The notes: generated by a model not told the origin, from the letters alone. A stretch of DNA of 52,105 nt from Chiloscyllium plagiosum (GCF_004010195.1 NC_057718.1:14729577-14781681), one strand, 5' to 3'; shown: positions 11,222-23,920, numbered from the stretch's first letter. Translations and numbers: made by a program.

Positions 11222-13020
11222 GCGAAATGAGTATTATTTGTCAGTATTCACACTGGAAAAAGACAGCGTTGTCGAAGAGAATACTGAGATACTGGCTACT
11301 AGACTACACAGGATTGACGTTCGCAAGGAGCAGGTGTTAGCAATTCTGGAATGAGTGAAAATAGATAAGTCCCCTGGGCCAGATGAAATTTATCCTAGGA
11401 TTCGCTGGGAAGCCAGGGAAGAGATTGCTGAGCCTTTGGCCTTGATCTTTACATTGTCATTGTCTACAGGAATAGTGTCAAAAGACTGGAAGATAGTAAA
11501 TGTTGTCCTCTTGTTCAAGAAGGGGAGTAGAGACAACCCTGGTAATTATAGACCATTGAGCCTTACTTCAGTTGTGGGGAAGTGTTAGAATTGATCTAAA
11601 TCGATAAGAGATAAGATTTAGAATCATCTAGAGAGAAATAAGTTGATTGGGAATAGTCAACATGGTTCTGTGAAGGGTAGGTCGTGCTTCACAAGTCTTA
11701 TTGAGTTCTTTGAGATGGTGACCATACAGGTGGATGAGGGGAAAGTGGTTGATGTGGTGCATATGGATTTCAGTAAGGCATTTGATAAGGTTCGCAACCA
11801 TAGGCTATTGCACAAAATATGGAGGCATGGGATTGAGGGTGATTTAGCGGTTTGCATCAGAAATTGGCTAGTTGAAAGAAGACAGAGGGTGGTAGTTTAT
11901 GGGAAATGTCCATCCTGGAGTTCAGTTATTAGTGGTAAAATGCAAGGATCTGTTTTGGGGCCACTGCTGTTTGTCATTTTTATAAATGAGCTGGATGAGG
12001 GGATAGAAGGATGGGTTAGTAAATTTGCGAATGACACTAAGGGTAGTGGAGTTGTGATAGTGCGGAAGGATGTTGTAGGTTACAGAGGGACATAGAAAAG
12101 CTGCAGAGCTGGGCTGAGAGGTGGCAAATGGAGTTTAATGCGGAAAAGTGTGAGGTGATTCACTTTGGAAGGAGCAACAGGAATGCAGAGTACTGGGCTG
12201 ATGGTAAGATTCTTGGGATTGTAGATGTGCAGAGAGATGTCAGTGTCCATGTACATAGATGTCTGAAAGTTGCCACCCAGGTTGATAGGGTTGTTAAGTG
12301 GGCATACGGTGTAAGCTTTTACTGGTAGAGGGATTCAGTTTTGGAGACACGAGATCTTGCTACAGCTGTACAAAACTCTGGTGCGGCCACACTTGGATTA
12401 TTGCGTACAGTTCTGATCACCCCATTATAGGAAGGATGTGAAAGCTTTGGAAAGGGTTCAGAGGAGCTTATGCCCGAAACGTCGATTCTCCTGTTCCTTG
12501 GATGCTGCCTGACCTGCTGTGCTTTTCCAGCAGCACATTTTCAGCTCTGATCTCCAGCATCTGCAGCCCTCACTTTCTCCTCAGAGGAGATTTACTATGG
12601 TATAGAGGGAAGGCCTTATGAGGAAAGGCTGAGGGACTTGAGGCTGTTTTCATTAGAGAGAAGGTTGAGAGGTGGACTTAATTGAGACATATAAGATAAT
12701 CAGACGGTTAGATAGGGTGGACAGTGAAAACCTTTTTCCTTGGATGGTGATGGCTAGCACGAGAGGACATAGCTTTAAATTGAGGGGTGACAGATATAGG
12801 ACAGATGTCAGAGGTAGTTTCTTTACTCGGAGACTAGTAGGGGCATGGAATGCATTACCTGCAACGGTAGTAGACTCGCCAACTTTAAGGGCATTTAAAT
12901 GGTCATTGGATAAACATATGGATGAAAATGGAATAGTGTAGGATAGATGGACTTCAGATTGGTTCTATAGCTCGGCGCAACATTGAGGCTGAAGGGTCTG
13001 AACTGCACTGTAATGTTCTA
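11222..13020 (+). mobile_element. Younger CR1 LINE, 5'-truncated, RT pseudogene
   Basis: KSPGPDEIYPR, NYRPLSLTSVVGK, DFSKAFDKV, QGSVLGPLLFVIFIN, KFANDTK, FFTRRLVGAWNALP. Contains stops and frameshifts. TGGTC occurs on both flanks. Confidence 0.95.
12467..12580 (+). mobile_element. 114-bp PLE family 1 terminal insertion with 9-bp TSD
   Basis: TCAGAGGAG at 12458-12466 and 12581-12589. The insert interrupts the CR1 ORF2 and starts CTTATGCCCGAAACGTC. Confidence 0.9.
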
Positions 13021-13600
13021 TGGTCACTGATACTTAGGGTACCTTAACAATCGTTAATTAATTAATCGTGCCATAATACCCAAGTCTACTTTAACGTGCT
13101 CTACGGTCACATCTAAACGTGCTGCTCTAAGCAACCATCTATGAAATCATTCCATGAACTCCTCAACCATGCATAATCTGCCAATCTGATTTCTCCAGTT
13201 TATGTGTAAAATCATCCATTACTATTGCTAGCCCTTTATCACAAGCTCTCAATATTTCTGATGTGCACTTTGTCCCACATAGTGGTTACTGTTAGTGGGG
13301 GGGCCTGTGGACCGCTTCCACAAGGGGCATCTTTTCCCATTTATTCCTCATCTCCTCCCAAACCCATTTTATGTCATGCTCTTCTGACGCAAGCTCAATT
13401 CTAATGAATTCTCGATCAACGGTGCCATCCCAACTACCTTTTCCACCTTACCCTTTATCTTCAATGTCTTATACTCAACGCTCATGATCCAATCCCTGAC
13501 ATTCTGCAGGCATGCCTCTGTACTGGTTCTCAGATCATGTTCATTTACTTTAATGTGTGCTGTCAATTCATCTACATGTGTTCAGATAGAGAGGCTTTAG
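13021..13600 (-). mobile_element. Upstream continuation of the old CR1 (endonuclease region)
   Basis: Sequence reads through from 11221 (ATGTGGTC|ACTG). Degenerate similarity to CR1 AP-endonuclease coding sequence. Confidence 0.6.
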
Positions 13601-13851
13601 TTTTGTCTTATTATTACCTTTATGACATGGAGTCTTGATTATTGGATATTCCTGTCACTTTCCTCTCTATCCCTTCTTCTCATTCCCCATATCATTATTT
13701 TCCTCTCTCACCTAGTCTCTACTCTTTGATAAACCATTCCTTTCCACATTTGATTCGTTACCCCTGCTATTTAGTTTAAAATTCTCTCGGTTTCCTTAAT
13801 TACGCAGTTTTGCAAGAACTGTCCAAATCTGGTTTAGCTGTCAACCTTCCC

Positions 13852-16288
13852 AATGGTACAGCCCTGACTTTCCCCAGGACTGCTGCAGCCCTCACTTTCC
13901 CTAGGACTAGTGCAGCCCTGACATTCCCCAGGACTGGTACAGCCCTCCCTTTCCCCAGGACTAGTACAGCCCTGACTTTCCCCAGGACTGCTGCAGCCCT
14001 GATTTTCCCCAGGACTGGTGCAGCTCTGATTTTCCCCAGGACTGGTGCAGCCTTGACTTTCCCCAGGACTGGTGCAGCCCTGACATTCCCCAGGACTGGT
14101 GCAGCCCTGACTTTCCCCAGGACTGCTGCAGCCCTCACTTTCCCCAGGACTGGTGCAGCTCTGATTTTCCCCAGGACTGGTGCAGCCTTGACTTTCCCCA
14201 GGACTGGTGCAGCCCTGACATTCCCCAGGACTGGTGCAGCCCTGATTTTCCCCAGTACCTGTGCAGCCCTCACTTTCCCCAGGACTGCTGCAGCCCTGAC
14301 ATTCCCCAGCACTGCTGCAGCCCTGACATTCCCCAGGACTGGTGCAGCCCTGACATTCCCCAGCACTGCTGCAGCCCTGACATTCCCCAGGACTGGTGCA
14401 GCCCTGACTTTCCACAGGACTGCTGCAGCCCAAACTTTCCCCAGTACTGATCCAGCCCTGACATTCCCCAGCACTGCTGCAGCCCTGACATTCCCCAGTA
14501 CTGCTGCAGCCCTCACTTTCCCAAGGACTGGTGTAGCCCTGACTTTCCCCAGGACTGTTGCAGCCCTCCCTTTCTCCAGGACTGGTGCAGCCCTGACTTT
14601 CCCCAGTACTGCTGCAGCCCTCCCTTTCCCCAGGACTGGTGCAGCCCTGACTTTCCCCAGGACTGATGCAGCCCTGACATTCCCCAGTACTGCTGCAGCC
14701 CTCACTTTCCCCAGGACTGGTACAGCTCTCACTTTCCCCAGGACTGGTACAGCCCTGACATTCCCCAGGACTGGTGCAGCCCTCCCTTTCCCCAGGACTG
14801 GTGCAGCCCTGACTTTCCCCAGTACTGGTGCAGCCGTCCCTTTCCCCAGGACTGGTGCAGCCCTGACTTTTCCTAGGACTGGTGCAGCCCTCCCTTTCCC
14901 CAGGACTGGTGCAGCCCTGACTTTCCCCTGGACTGGTGCAGCCCTGACATTCCCCAGTACTGCTGCAGCCCTCCCTTTCCCCAGGACTAGTGCAGCCCTG
15001 ACTTTCCCCAGTACTGCTGCAGCCCTCCCTTTCCCCAGGACTGGTGCAGCCCTGACTTTCCCTAGGACTGCTGCAGCCCTCCCTTTCCCCAGGACTGGTG
15101 CAGCCCTGACATTCCCCAGGACTGGTGCAGCCCTCCCTTTCCCCAGGAGTGCTGCAGCCCTCACTTTCCCCAGTACTGCTGCAGCCCTGACTTTCCCCAG
15201 GACTGGTGCAGCCCTGACATTCCCCAGTACTGCTGCAGCCCTCCCTTTCCCCAGGACTGGTGCAGCCCTGACATTCCCCAGGACTGGTGCAGCCCTCCCT
15301 TTCCCTAGGAGTGCTGCAGCCCTCACTTTCCCCAGTACTGCTGCAGCCCTGACTTTCCCCAGGACTGGTGCAGCCCTGACATTCCCCAGTACTGCTGCAG
15401 CCCTCCCTTTCCCCAGGACTGGTGCAGCCCTGACTTTCCCCAGGACTGATGCAGCCCTGACTTTCCCCTGGACTGGTGCAGCCCTGACTTTCCCCAGTAC
15501 TGCTGCAGCCCTCCCTTTCCCCAGGACTGGTGCAGCCCTGACTTTCCCTAGGACTGGTGCAGCCCTTCCTTTCCCCAGTACTGCTGCAGCCCTGACTTTC
15601 CCTAGGACTGGTGCAGCCCTCCCTTTCCCCAGGACTGGTGCAACCCTGACTTTCCCTAGGATTGGTGCAGCCCTCCCTTTCCCCAGGACTGGTGCAGCCC
15701 TCACTTTCCCCAGTACTGGTGCAGCCCTCCCTTTCCCCAGGACTGGTGCAGCCCTCACTTTCCCCAGTACCGGTGCAGCCCCGACATTCCCCAGGACTGG
15801 TGCAGCCCTGACATTCCCCAGTACCGGTGCAGCCCCGACATTCCCCAGTACCGGTGCAGCCCTGACATTCCCCAGGACTGGTGCAGCCCCGACATTCCCC
15901 AGTACCGGTGCAGCCCTGACATTCCCCAGTACCGGTGCAGCCCCGACATTCCCCAGGACTGGTGCATCCTGACATTCCCCAGGACTGCTGCAGCCCTCAC
16001 TTTCCCCAGTACTGCTGCAGCCCTGACTTTCCCCAGGACTGGTGCAGCCCTCCCTTTCCCCAGGACTGGTGCAGCCCTCACATTCCCCAGTACTGCTGCA
16101 GCCCTGACTTTCCCTAGGACTGGTGCAGCCCTGACTTTCCCCAGGACTGCTGCAGCCCTCCCTTTCCCCAGGACTGGTGCAGCCCTGACTTTCCCCAGGA
16201 CTGGTGCAGCCCTCACTTTCCCCAGGACTGGTGCAGCCCTGACATTCCCCTATACTGGTGCAGCCCTGACTTTCCCCAGTACTGCTGC
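13852..16288. repeat. 27-bp minisatellite, about 90 copies (consensus CCAGGACTGGTGCAGCCCTGACTTTCC)
   Basis: Directly visible tandem array. One 26-bp unit near 15967 shifts the frame. Confidence 0.98.
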
Positions 16289-16759
16289 CAGTGTCCCTGT
16301 TCTCCCACACTTCCCTTTGAGGCACTCGTGAATGCTATGCTCATGAAAGAATAAGGTCTATTGAAAATATTTATTGTACGTAACGGAATGTTTTCTCCAG
16401 TTAAGAATACAATGAAGCACTGTGTCCTTGGTCTCTAATGTTCGTGATTTTCGTTTTCACTCTCTTTTAGTATTAATTTTCTTTCTCCCATTGTGTTCGA
16501 TCCTCTCTTGAGGGTTTTGATTCAGTTTCAGGTCAAGTTTTACAGGGAATGCTGGTTGATTACACTCGATCTAACTTGAGGCAGATTATCGTGCCCCACG
16601 CTAAAACCTTTGCAGGTAGCACAGGCCAGGATTTACAAATGGGACTGCCCTGCTTATAACTAACTCTGCAAACTCACTAAATTAATGGAAAGGGATCCTG
16701 GCCAATATTTATCCTTTAACATCCTGAAATCGTTGATCTGGTCAATACTCACTGCACTA

Positions 16760-17461
16760 GTGATCCAGATGTCAGATTGATGCTCCAGCCAAATGTATTC
16801 AAATCCCACCGTGGGATCTGATGGATCTTAAATTCAAATTAATAAAAGGTTTATAAAATCATGAGGGGCATGGACAGGATAAATAGACAAAGTCTTTTCC
16901 CTGGGGTGGGGGAGTCCAGAACTAGAGGGCATAGGTTTAAGGTGAGAGGGGAAAGATATAAAAGTGACCAAAGGGGCAACTTTTTCACGCAGAGGGCGGT
17001 GCATGTATGGAATGAGCTGCCAGAGGAAGTGGTGGAGGCTGGTACAATTGCCACATTTAAAAGGCATCTGGATGGGTATATAGGAATAGGAAGGGTTTGG
17101 AGAGATATGGGCCCGGGTGCTGGCAGATGGGACTAGATGGGGTTGGGATATCTGGTCGGCGTGGATGGGTTGGACTGAAGGGTCTGTTTCCATGCTGCAC
17201 ATCTCTACGACTCTAATTCTGGAACATAATGGTGATCCATTATAAAAGGTTGTAAAGACCTATTTAGTTCACTAATGTTCTTCAGAGAAGGAAATCTGCT
17301 CCTTACCCAGTCTGACCAACATGTGAGTCGAAATTCACTGCAATACTCTAAATTGCCCTCTAAAATGCTCCAGCAATTCACTCAGCTTTGGGGCAACTAG
17401 GGACGGACAACACTTGTCGGTCTTTCTGGCAATGACCATATTCCTTGAAAGAATAAAAAAA
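16760..17461 (+). mobile_element. tRNA-derived SINE with LINE-like tail, interrupted by CR1
   Basis: B-box TTCAAATCCCACC, body GTTCACTAATG...GGAAATCTGC, tail GGGCAACTAGGGA...AATAAAAAA. Same family as 21850, 39375 and 49595. Confidence 0.65.
16848..17215 (+). mobile_element. CR1 LINE 3' end (young)
   Basis: YKIMRGMDRINRQSLFPGVGESRTRGHRFKVRG...FFTQRAVHVWNELP plus 3' UTR. Confidence 0.92.
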
Positions 17462-18299
17462 CTTGTTGATGCTTGCGCACCCTGCTGTGCACAGATGGGT
17501 ACCTCTCCCTCTCTCAAATTCACTGTCATTGGTAGTGAAGTGTTTTGGAGTGTTCTAATGTGGTGAAAGGCACCATATAAATGCAAGTTCATTCATTCTT
17601 TCTTTTGCTGCCAGACTTTACACAAATTAAAGCCTTCCTGTTAAAAATGCCTGCAGCGCACACAATCGATAACAATTAGTGACTGCAGAATACAAGATCC
17701 ACTCAATAACGGACACATAGCAGAGAATGAGACAAGTCATGGATGAGTGATCAAGGTGACCTTCAAGACTGGATTAAATTCTTTGCGTTATTGCTTCCCC
17801 CTGAGTACTGTGATTATACAGCTCAACTCATGTAAACAAAATGCCAGGAAAGGAAATATTGGATAAATTATGCAAATAGGGGAACACATGAACAAAAATG
17901 GAACAGGCCTCTGCCACTTGACAATTTGTTTCTCACAGAATCAGAGATGCACAGAGGGCTGGATCTTACAGTGTTCGGAGGGGGGGGGGGAGATGGGAAA
18001 CAGAAACTGAGTTGCCCACATTGCCTCTGCTCTACTAATCCAGGAGCCGGAGACTGAACTAAAATGGACTTTGTCTTAATTTTTTTTTCTTATCTATGCC
18101 TTCTGTTATTAATATTGGCGCTGTGGTATTGCCACTTAAACCCTTTTCACTGTTTTTTAGTTTTGGAAAAAATACTAGTGACAATAAAAGACTATTCTAT
18201 AAATGACTATGCTATTCGTCCGATCAGGCATCAGACAGTCATTTGCTGACCGTCAGAATGGAAGGACAGATTGCACTGATGAAGCTGGTCGCTCCTTCA

Positions 18300-18610
18300 G
18301 TACAACAACTCATCGTTATATAGCACCTTTAACACAATGAATATCTCAAGGTACTTCACAGGGGACATTATAAAGTATGACACTAAGCCACACAAGGTGA
18401 TATTTGGTTAGATGACCAAAAACTTGGTCAAAGAGGTAGGATGTAAGGAGTCTCTTAAAGGAGGCAAGTGAGGTAGAATCACAGAAAGATGTTGGGAGGT
18501 GTTTCTGGACCTTGATGTCGAGACAACAGAATGCTTCCCCACCAGTGGTGGACGAATTATAATCAGAAATGCAAAACAGGCCAGACTTAGAGCAGCACAG
18601 ATATCTCAGT
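18300..18610 (-). mobile_element. L2-like LINE 3' tail
   Basis: Reverse complement of AAAGGTGCTATATAA...GTTGTTG. Similar to 46240-46610. Confidence 0.55.
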
Positions 18611-18965
18611 AGAGGTGTAGATTATTTAATGAGGTGCTAAAGAACATTGAAAGACAGTGAGAAGCTTTCTCCTTCTGGTGGGGAGTTCACAACAAGGGGA
18701 CATAACCTTAAAGTTCAGGGCTGGTGTCACAAAATGCTCTTCATATGAAAGGTGGCAGAAATCCAGGACACTCTCCTCCAAAACACTATTGGAGGCCAGA
18801 ACTCAACGGAAACTGGTTGGGATTGATTTTTGTTCGGCAATCGTTTTAAAAATCCTAGACCTCAGGCAGGTAGATGGAGTTAAGATATAAATTAGCCACA
18901 ATCTATTTGAAATTGGGGGAAGATTTCTGAGGGGCTGAGTGACTGACCACCTCCTCATCCTATGA
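18610..18965 (+). mobile_element. Degenerate CR1 3' end
   Basis: GGGACATAACCTTAAA (RGH.L motif) and a CR1-type UTR. Confidence 0.55.
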
Positions 18966-20554
18966 GTGAACGGAAAGAGAGGTGCAGACACGAGATTTAA
19001 AATCAAAGAAAACAACATGTCAGAGACCCTCTTCTGACCAATATTATTGGGGGGAGGATTGGTTTGTTCTGTGAAATACTGTTGTAAAGTGAAAAGTTTG
19101 CACCTTAAAAGGGTTTGTATCTTAAATTACTGTTAACACAAGCCACTGTGTATAGGTCCCATAACTTGTTGGTCAGTCTGAAGCAGCAGCAACAGGAGTA
19201 AGATGTTCTACACTGAGCTCCCAGTGAACATTATCTGTATATCATCCGAACCCACATTATTGTTTCACCAGTTCTTGAGTATGATTGGTATGTCTCTGTC
19301 TAAGAGATGAATGGAGCAGTGATTAGAAATTTCCACCATGAAGTAACACATCTACAAATCCCATCATCCATAAAAATTCAACCTGCGTCGGAATTTATGG
19401 TCCTCCCATGTGAGATGAGCTCAGTTATAACTCCCTCCATCGTTCCACCAATCAATAAGCTACAATATAGCCTGTGTCTGTTTTAATACCAAGTCAATAC
19501 GGTTGTATTTCAATATGAGTGTCCAAAAGACAAAGCACGTGCACCAGGATTTCCTGAGCACGATGGATCAATACTTCCCTCAACATGAGCATTATCGAGC
19601 TAATCTTACTGAAGCCAAGAAAGGACTCTGCTCACACTGAAGCAGTGCAGTTATTTTCCTGAGATTCTCTCATTTTCTGCTGGGAAACATGAGTCATGAT
19701 TTCCCTGTCTGCTCACATAGCTTCAGTATCAGTGAGTGATAAATGATCAACTATCAATAACATCACATAGTTGTGTAAGGCATTTGAGTGACAAAGGGGA
19801 TTGGACTGGTGATAGATCTAAAGAGTTCAATGACCTGTTATAGTTTAAAATCAGTGTTAGTCAGTATGACTTCTCAGAAAGGCTTTATATTTGATGGTAA
19901 ACTGCCTTCTGAAGTCCGACTATAAGCACATAATAAAAAGGGACCGTAGGCTTCTTGCAATCATTTGAATTTTTATGCCATGTCTCGTCAATACTAGCAT
20001 TGCCAGTGATCAATCGTTCAATTAACCTCTTGCCATCGATAAGTATATCTGAGTTTAATAAGCTAAATTAAAGGAACATTGATCACAATGGTATATTGAT
20101 TTGCTAGCATGGAGAGCTTAGAGTATCTGTCTCAGTAAATGCTTGTTCCTCAAAGTATCAGGTCACCAAAGGAGCTGCCCCTCATCAAGTCACTCGGCAT
20201 GTCACCAAAATCTGACATCAATAGGAGACGTTCCAGTAAAGAATGGAGACCTCACAGCTCACACATTGGCAGGAGAGGTGGTGGATAATTGTTCTGTGTT
20301 TGATTGTGTTTGTCTGCTACTGATCCATGCTCACCATACTTGATTGGTTAAGGCAGGAATATGGATTCAGAGAAAAGTAAACGTAGCCGGACAAAGAGCT
20401 GAGGGTCGGTGCTGAAGCACTGAGTAGACATTTTAAAGCACTGTGTGCATGGAGAAATTAGTACCATCTACACATTGATTTTAAGTTTAATATAAACAAC
20501 TAAATCCTCACTGCCTCATTGTCTCTGATGAGCAGAACAGTAACCAGCTTAGTA

Positions 20555-20650
20555 CAACAAAAACAGAAATTACTGGTGAAACTCAGCAAGTCTGGCAGAT
20601 GCTGTAGGAAGAAAGCAGGGTTAACATTTTGAGTCCAGTGATCCTCAGCA
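20555..20650 (-). mobile_element. PLE family 3 terminal fragment
   Basis: AAAAACAGAAATTACTGG...TCTGGCAG, homologous to 2410-2500. Confidence 0.65.
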
Positions 20651-20920
20651 ATTTAATATGATATAACATTAAGTGTATCAAGCTGAACACTATTTTAATT
20701 TTGTCGTTATTCATTTTTATTGAGGGCAATACAATATTAGTAACATTTAACTGAGATGTTTATTATGCCTTACAGGATACATAAACTGGTTTATTTCAAT
20801 TTAAAATATTATTGTAATATGCAATGTTTACATTATATATTGCTTACCTTTGAGTAGAATAGGGTTAAGGGGCAATATAACTGACTTGTTCAAAATTACG
20901 AGGAATTTTACAGAGACGGG

Positions 20921-20970
20921 GAAAAAGGGAATTGGAAAGAAAAGGGAATTGGAAAGAAAAGGGAATTGAA
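20921..20970. repeat. 17-bp tandem repeat, three copies (GAAAAGGGAATTGGAAA)
   Basis: Directly visible. Confidence 0.85.
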
Positions 20971-21849
20971 TAAATATTTACAAAGAAAATATCTGAAGGA
21001 CTATCGGAAAAATCTGGGTAATGAGATTAATTTAGAAATGCCTACAAAGAGCTAGCACACACATGATAGATAGAATGGCCTCCTTCTGTTCTGCAAGATT
21101 TGGTAGCTATTTTAGGGAGTACTTCTGTTTTTAAGTCCTACGACTGAAGACAAAAACTAATTTTCTTCCCATCATTCAGTTTCACAATATACATACAAAA
21201 TGGCAGCCGTTAGTTCCACTGTTTTCAGAGATATAATCTTGACTTTAACTCCTCCACGGCTCTGGGATGGACACCTTCAGGATCACCGTGATATTGTTAA
21301 GAAGTTACAGTTATACGGAAAGGCGTTTGCTGCAGCAACATTCTGCAGTTGCTGTACCCGTACGCTGTAGGACTTATATATAAGGTGTGAGTGAAAAGAC
21401 TGGTGACTTTATTGTTTTCACAGGGCTTACAGATGAGCTTCCCCGACATGTCAACTCCCCATTTGATCTGCCAAGATATCACTGTGATTATCAGACATCT
21501 GGATTTTAACCAGCTTCTAGTGTCACTGCTCTGCCTTCCACAGCAATCTGGCTGACAAGGAAGGTGTTACATCTTTAAGTGAATGACAAGTGAGTCCATA
21601 TTAATGGTAACAACAACTAGTTACTGCACTGACTGGTTAACTTGCTTCACAGCGAGGAGATTGGACAAAAGCAGAACTTGCTAGCTGACACTTGATTAAA
21701 ACAAATTAATTGTATTTCTAAGTTACATACACGCAAGGGAAGCCATTCAGTCCATCTCTATTCTCCTATTCAAAGCAATGCTAAAGCTTGCTCTCATTGC
21801 ACCATTCAGCTGTTTCTTACAAACTTAGATGCCACATCAAGCAAACGTA

Positions 21850-22190
21850 CTGATCATAACTTTCTTTTTCTTTCATAGGATCTGGGAATCACTGGCAATG
21901 CTGTTGTTCATCTCAAATTGCCCTTGAATTGGATAGCGTACTGAGCTATTTCACAGGCAACCCTATTACCGGGTAAGAATGGCTGATTTCCTTTCCTAAA
22001 GGACATTAGTGAACCAGATGGGTTTTTACAACAATCAACGTCAGTTGTCATGAGCGCTGGGACAGCTTTCGATTCCCAGATTTATTCATTAAATTTGAAT
22101 CCCACCAGCTACCATACTGGGATCGAGCCCATGACTCCACACCATTAGTCTGGGCCTCTGGATTGTTAGTCTAGTAACATTACCATTAGG
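21850..22190 (-). mobile_element. tRNA-derived SINE
   Basis: AAGGACATTAGTGAACCAGATGGGTTTTTACAACAATC core, with reverse-complement B-box GGGATCGAGCCC. Confidence 0.7.
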
Positions 22191-22669
22191 CTTTCCAAAT
22201 TATAGCCAACAGACCATTCCCATTAGCTTGAAATAACACCAGAATGGTGGAGAAACTCAGCAGGTCTGTTGAGAGAGAAACAGGATTAATGGGCTGAATT
22301 TTACATTTTATTGGTTAAGTGCAACTTGCATTAAGTTTATTTGGATTTTTCTCCCTCGGGGCCTTGTGAGATTGCCATATCTTGCCAAACCTTCCTTGTT
22401 ACCCCCCTACTGTGGCACCTCTCATGCTCAATTCTAGCACCATGTGCCATTCCTGAAACAACCTACCCATCACCAGATATCTGCTGAAATTCTAGCAACC
22501 CCAGTGACCACACTACATTTAAAAGGACTCTGTGTACACAGATAAGCACTGGCATTCTGAACCTACCCTGCTGGGTGATGGATATTCAATGTGAAGATGC
22601 CCAGCATGGGTAGATGGTGATTCTCTGACAGATTCTCTGGGAGTCCTGGTGAATGGGGTGTAATGCACG

Positions 22670-22830
22670 TAACCACTGACAATTGTTGCAAAAACCCATC
22701 AGTTCACTAATATGCTTTAGGCAAGGCAATCGGCCATCCTTACCTGGTCTGGTCTACATGTGACCCCAGACCCACAGCAATGTGGTTGACTCTTAACTGT
22801 TTTCTCGGCAATGAGGGATGGGCAAAAAAG
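22670..22830 (+). mobile_element. Same SINE family, partial copy
   Basis: CCTTACCTGGTCTGGTCTACATGTGAC...GGGATGGGCAA. Confidence 0.65.
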
Positions 22831-23610
22831 CATTTCGCGTGCCACAAAATCGTGTATTTCATTTCTACCTAGAGTTGGTCACCCTGGATCTGTGGCAAAG
22901 TGAGACATAATCCAGGTGAAGAAACTAGTAATCCTTGGAAATGAATCTGCTTGGCAGACTGGAGCTCCATTTGAACATGAGTCTGACCTGTATGTGTCAC
23001 TCACAAGTTTTATTGGCTGTTCCATTCTGGGAAATAAAAGTTATATTTCAGTCAAAAAGAATAAGGTGGGCAAGAACTCTATGAATTGGTACATCACATC
23101 AACTTGCTGCAGAGACACAAGAGAAAAGTGTTTTCCCCTCGTCTTTGGAGATTAATTCAAATAGTAAGAGACATCATTCATCTGTTACTATCCGTTAATA
23201 AAAATAAGTTCCTCACTGAATGTTTTTCTGAAGGACCTCTCCAGCCCCATAAGGTGGGTCAACCATAAATCAAACCTTTCACTCAGTTCTTTTGGGGGAA
23301 AGAAATGGAAAAAAAATACATATCACGGCAAACTAGAAGTGTTCTGGTCATTATATATAAACTGCAACAGCAGTCAAAAAATATTGCTTCCCTTAAAATA
23401 GATTGCTGAAAAGCCCTCACTATTGAGTCAAGGAGACGAGTTGTTTTATTTTCCATTCAAGGAACTAGGGCTATTGGAGATCTCTACAAAATGATGTTTG
23501 ATGTCAGTGATCCACAGTTTAGTGAAGGGAAAGTATTGACTACATGAACATCCACTGAAGTTCTGCCATTCGCATCTTAGCCATTTGTGCAAAGCATTAT
23601 ATGCTCCTAG

Positions 23611-23920
23611 ATGGCAATGTGGCTCAATGGTTAGCACTGCTGCCTCATAGCCCATTTGATTCCACCTTCAGGTGACTGTCTGTGTGGAGTTTGCACATTT
23701 TCCTGTGTCTGCGTGGGTTTCCTCCAGGTGCTTTGATGTCCTCCCACAGCCCAAAGATATGCAGATGAAGTGGTTTGGTCATGCTAAATTGCCTGCGGCA
23801 TCCAGGAATATGCAGGCTCGGTGGGTTAACCATGGGAAATGTGGGGTAGGTCTGGGCGGTATGTTCTTCAGCGGGTCAGGATGAACTGAATGGCTAGCTT
23901 CCATGTTGTAGGAATTCTGT
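23611..23920 (+). mobile_element. HE1-type V-SINE (older copy)
   Basis: tRNA head TGGCTCAATGGTTAGCACTGCTGCCTCA and V-domain TGTGTGGAGTTTGCACATT...GCGTGGGTTTCCTCC. Confidence 0.85.

Larger units (their letters stand above)
16640..17600 (+). mobile_element. DeuSINE-like (SacSINE1-like) remnant split by nested insertions
   Basis: CCTGGCCAATATTTATCC at about 16697. Tail GTGAAAGGCACCATATAAATGCAAGTTC at about 17563-17590. Family assignment is from recall. Confidence 0.5.

Noticed and set aside
11355..12941. Reverse transcriptase ORFs as a functional gene
   Set aside because: Multiple stops and frameshifts, a mutated catalytic motif (FANDT), 5' truncation and an internal insertion.
13800..16325. 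ORFs of 713-841 aa, with TAAA/LIF motifs reminiscent of fish antifreeze glycoproteins
   Set aside because: They are a by-product of a stop-free 27-bp repeat. There is no signal peptide, no good ATG context and no unique domain, frames are open on both strands, and there is no true Thr-Ala-Ala tripeptide periodicity.
22290..22670. Possible Harbinger-like DNA transposon remnant (also about 6900-8170, 32140-32620 and 50200-50875)
   Set aside because: Only a vague resemblance. I could not verify paired terminal repeats, a TSD or a convincing peptide by eye.
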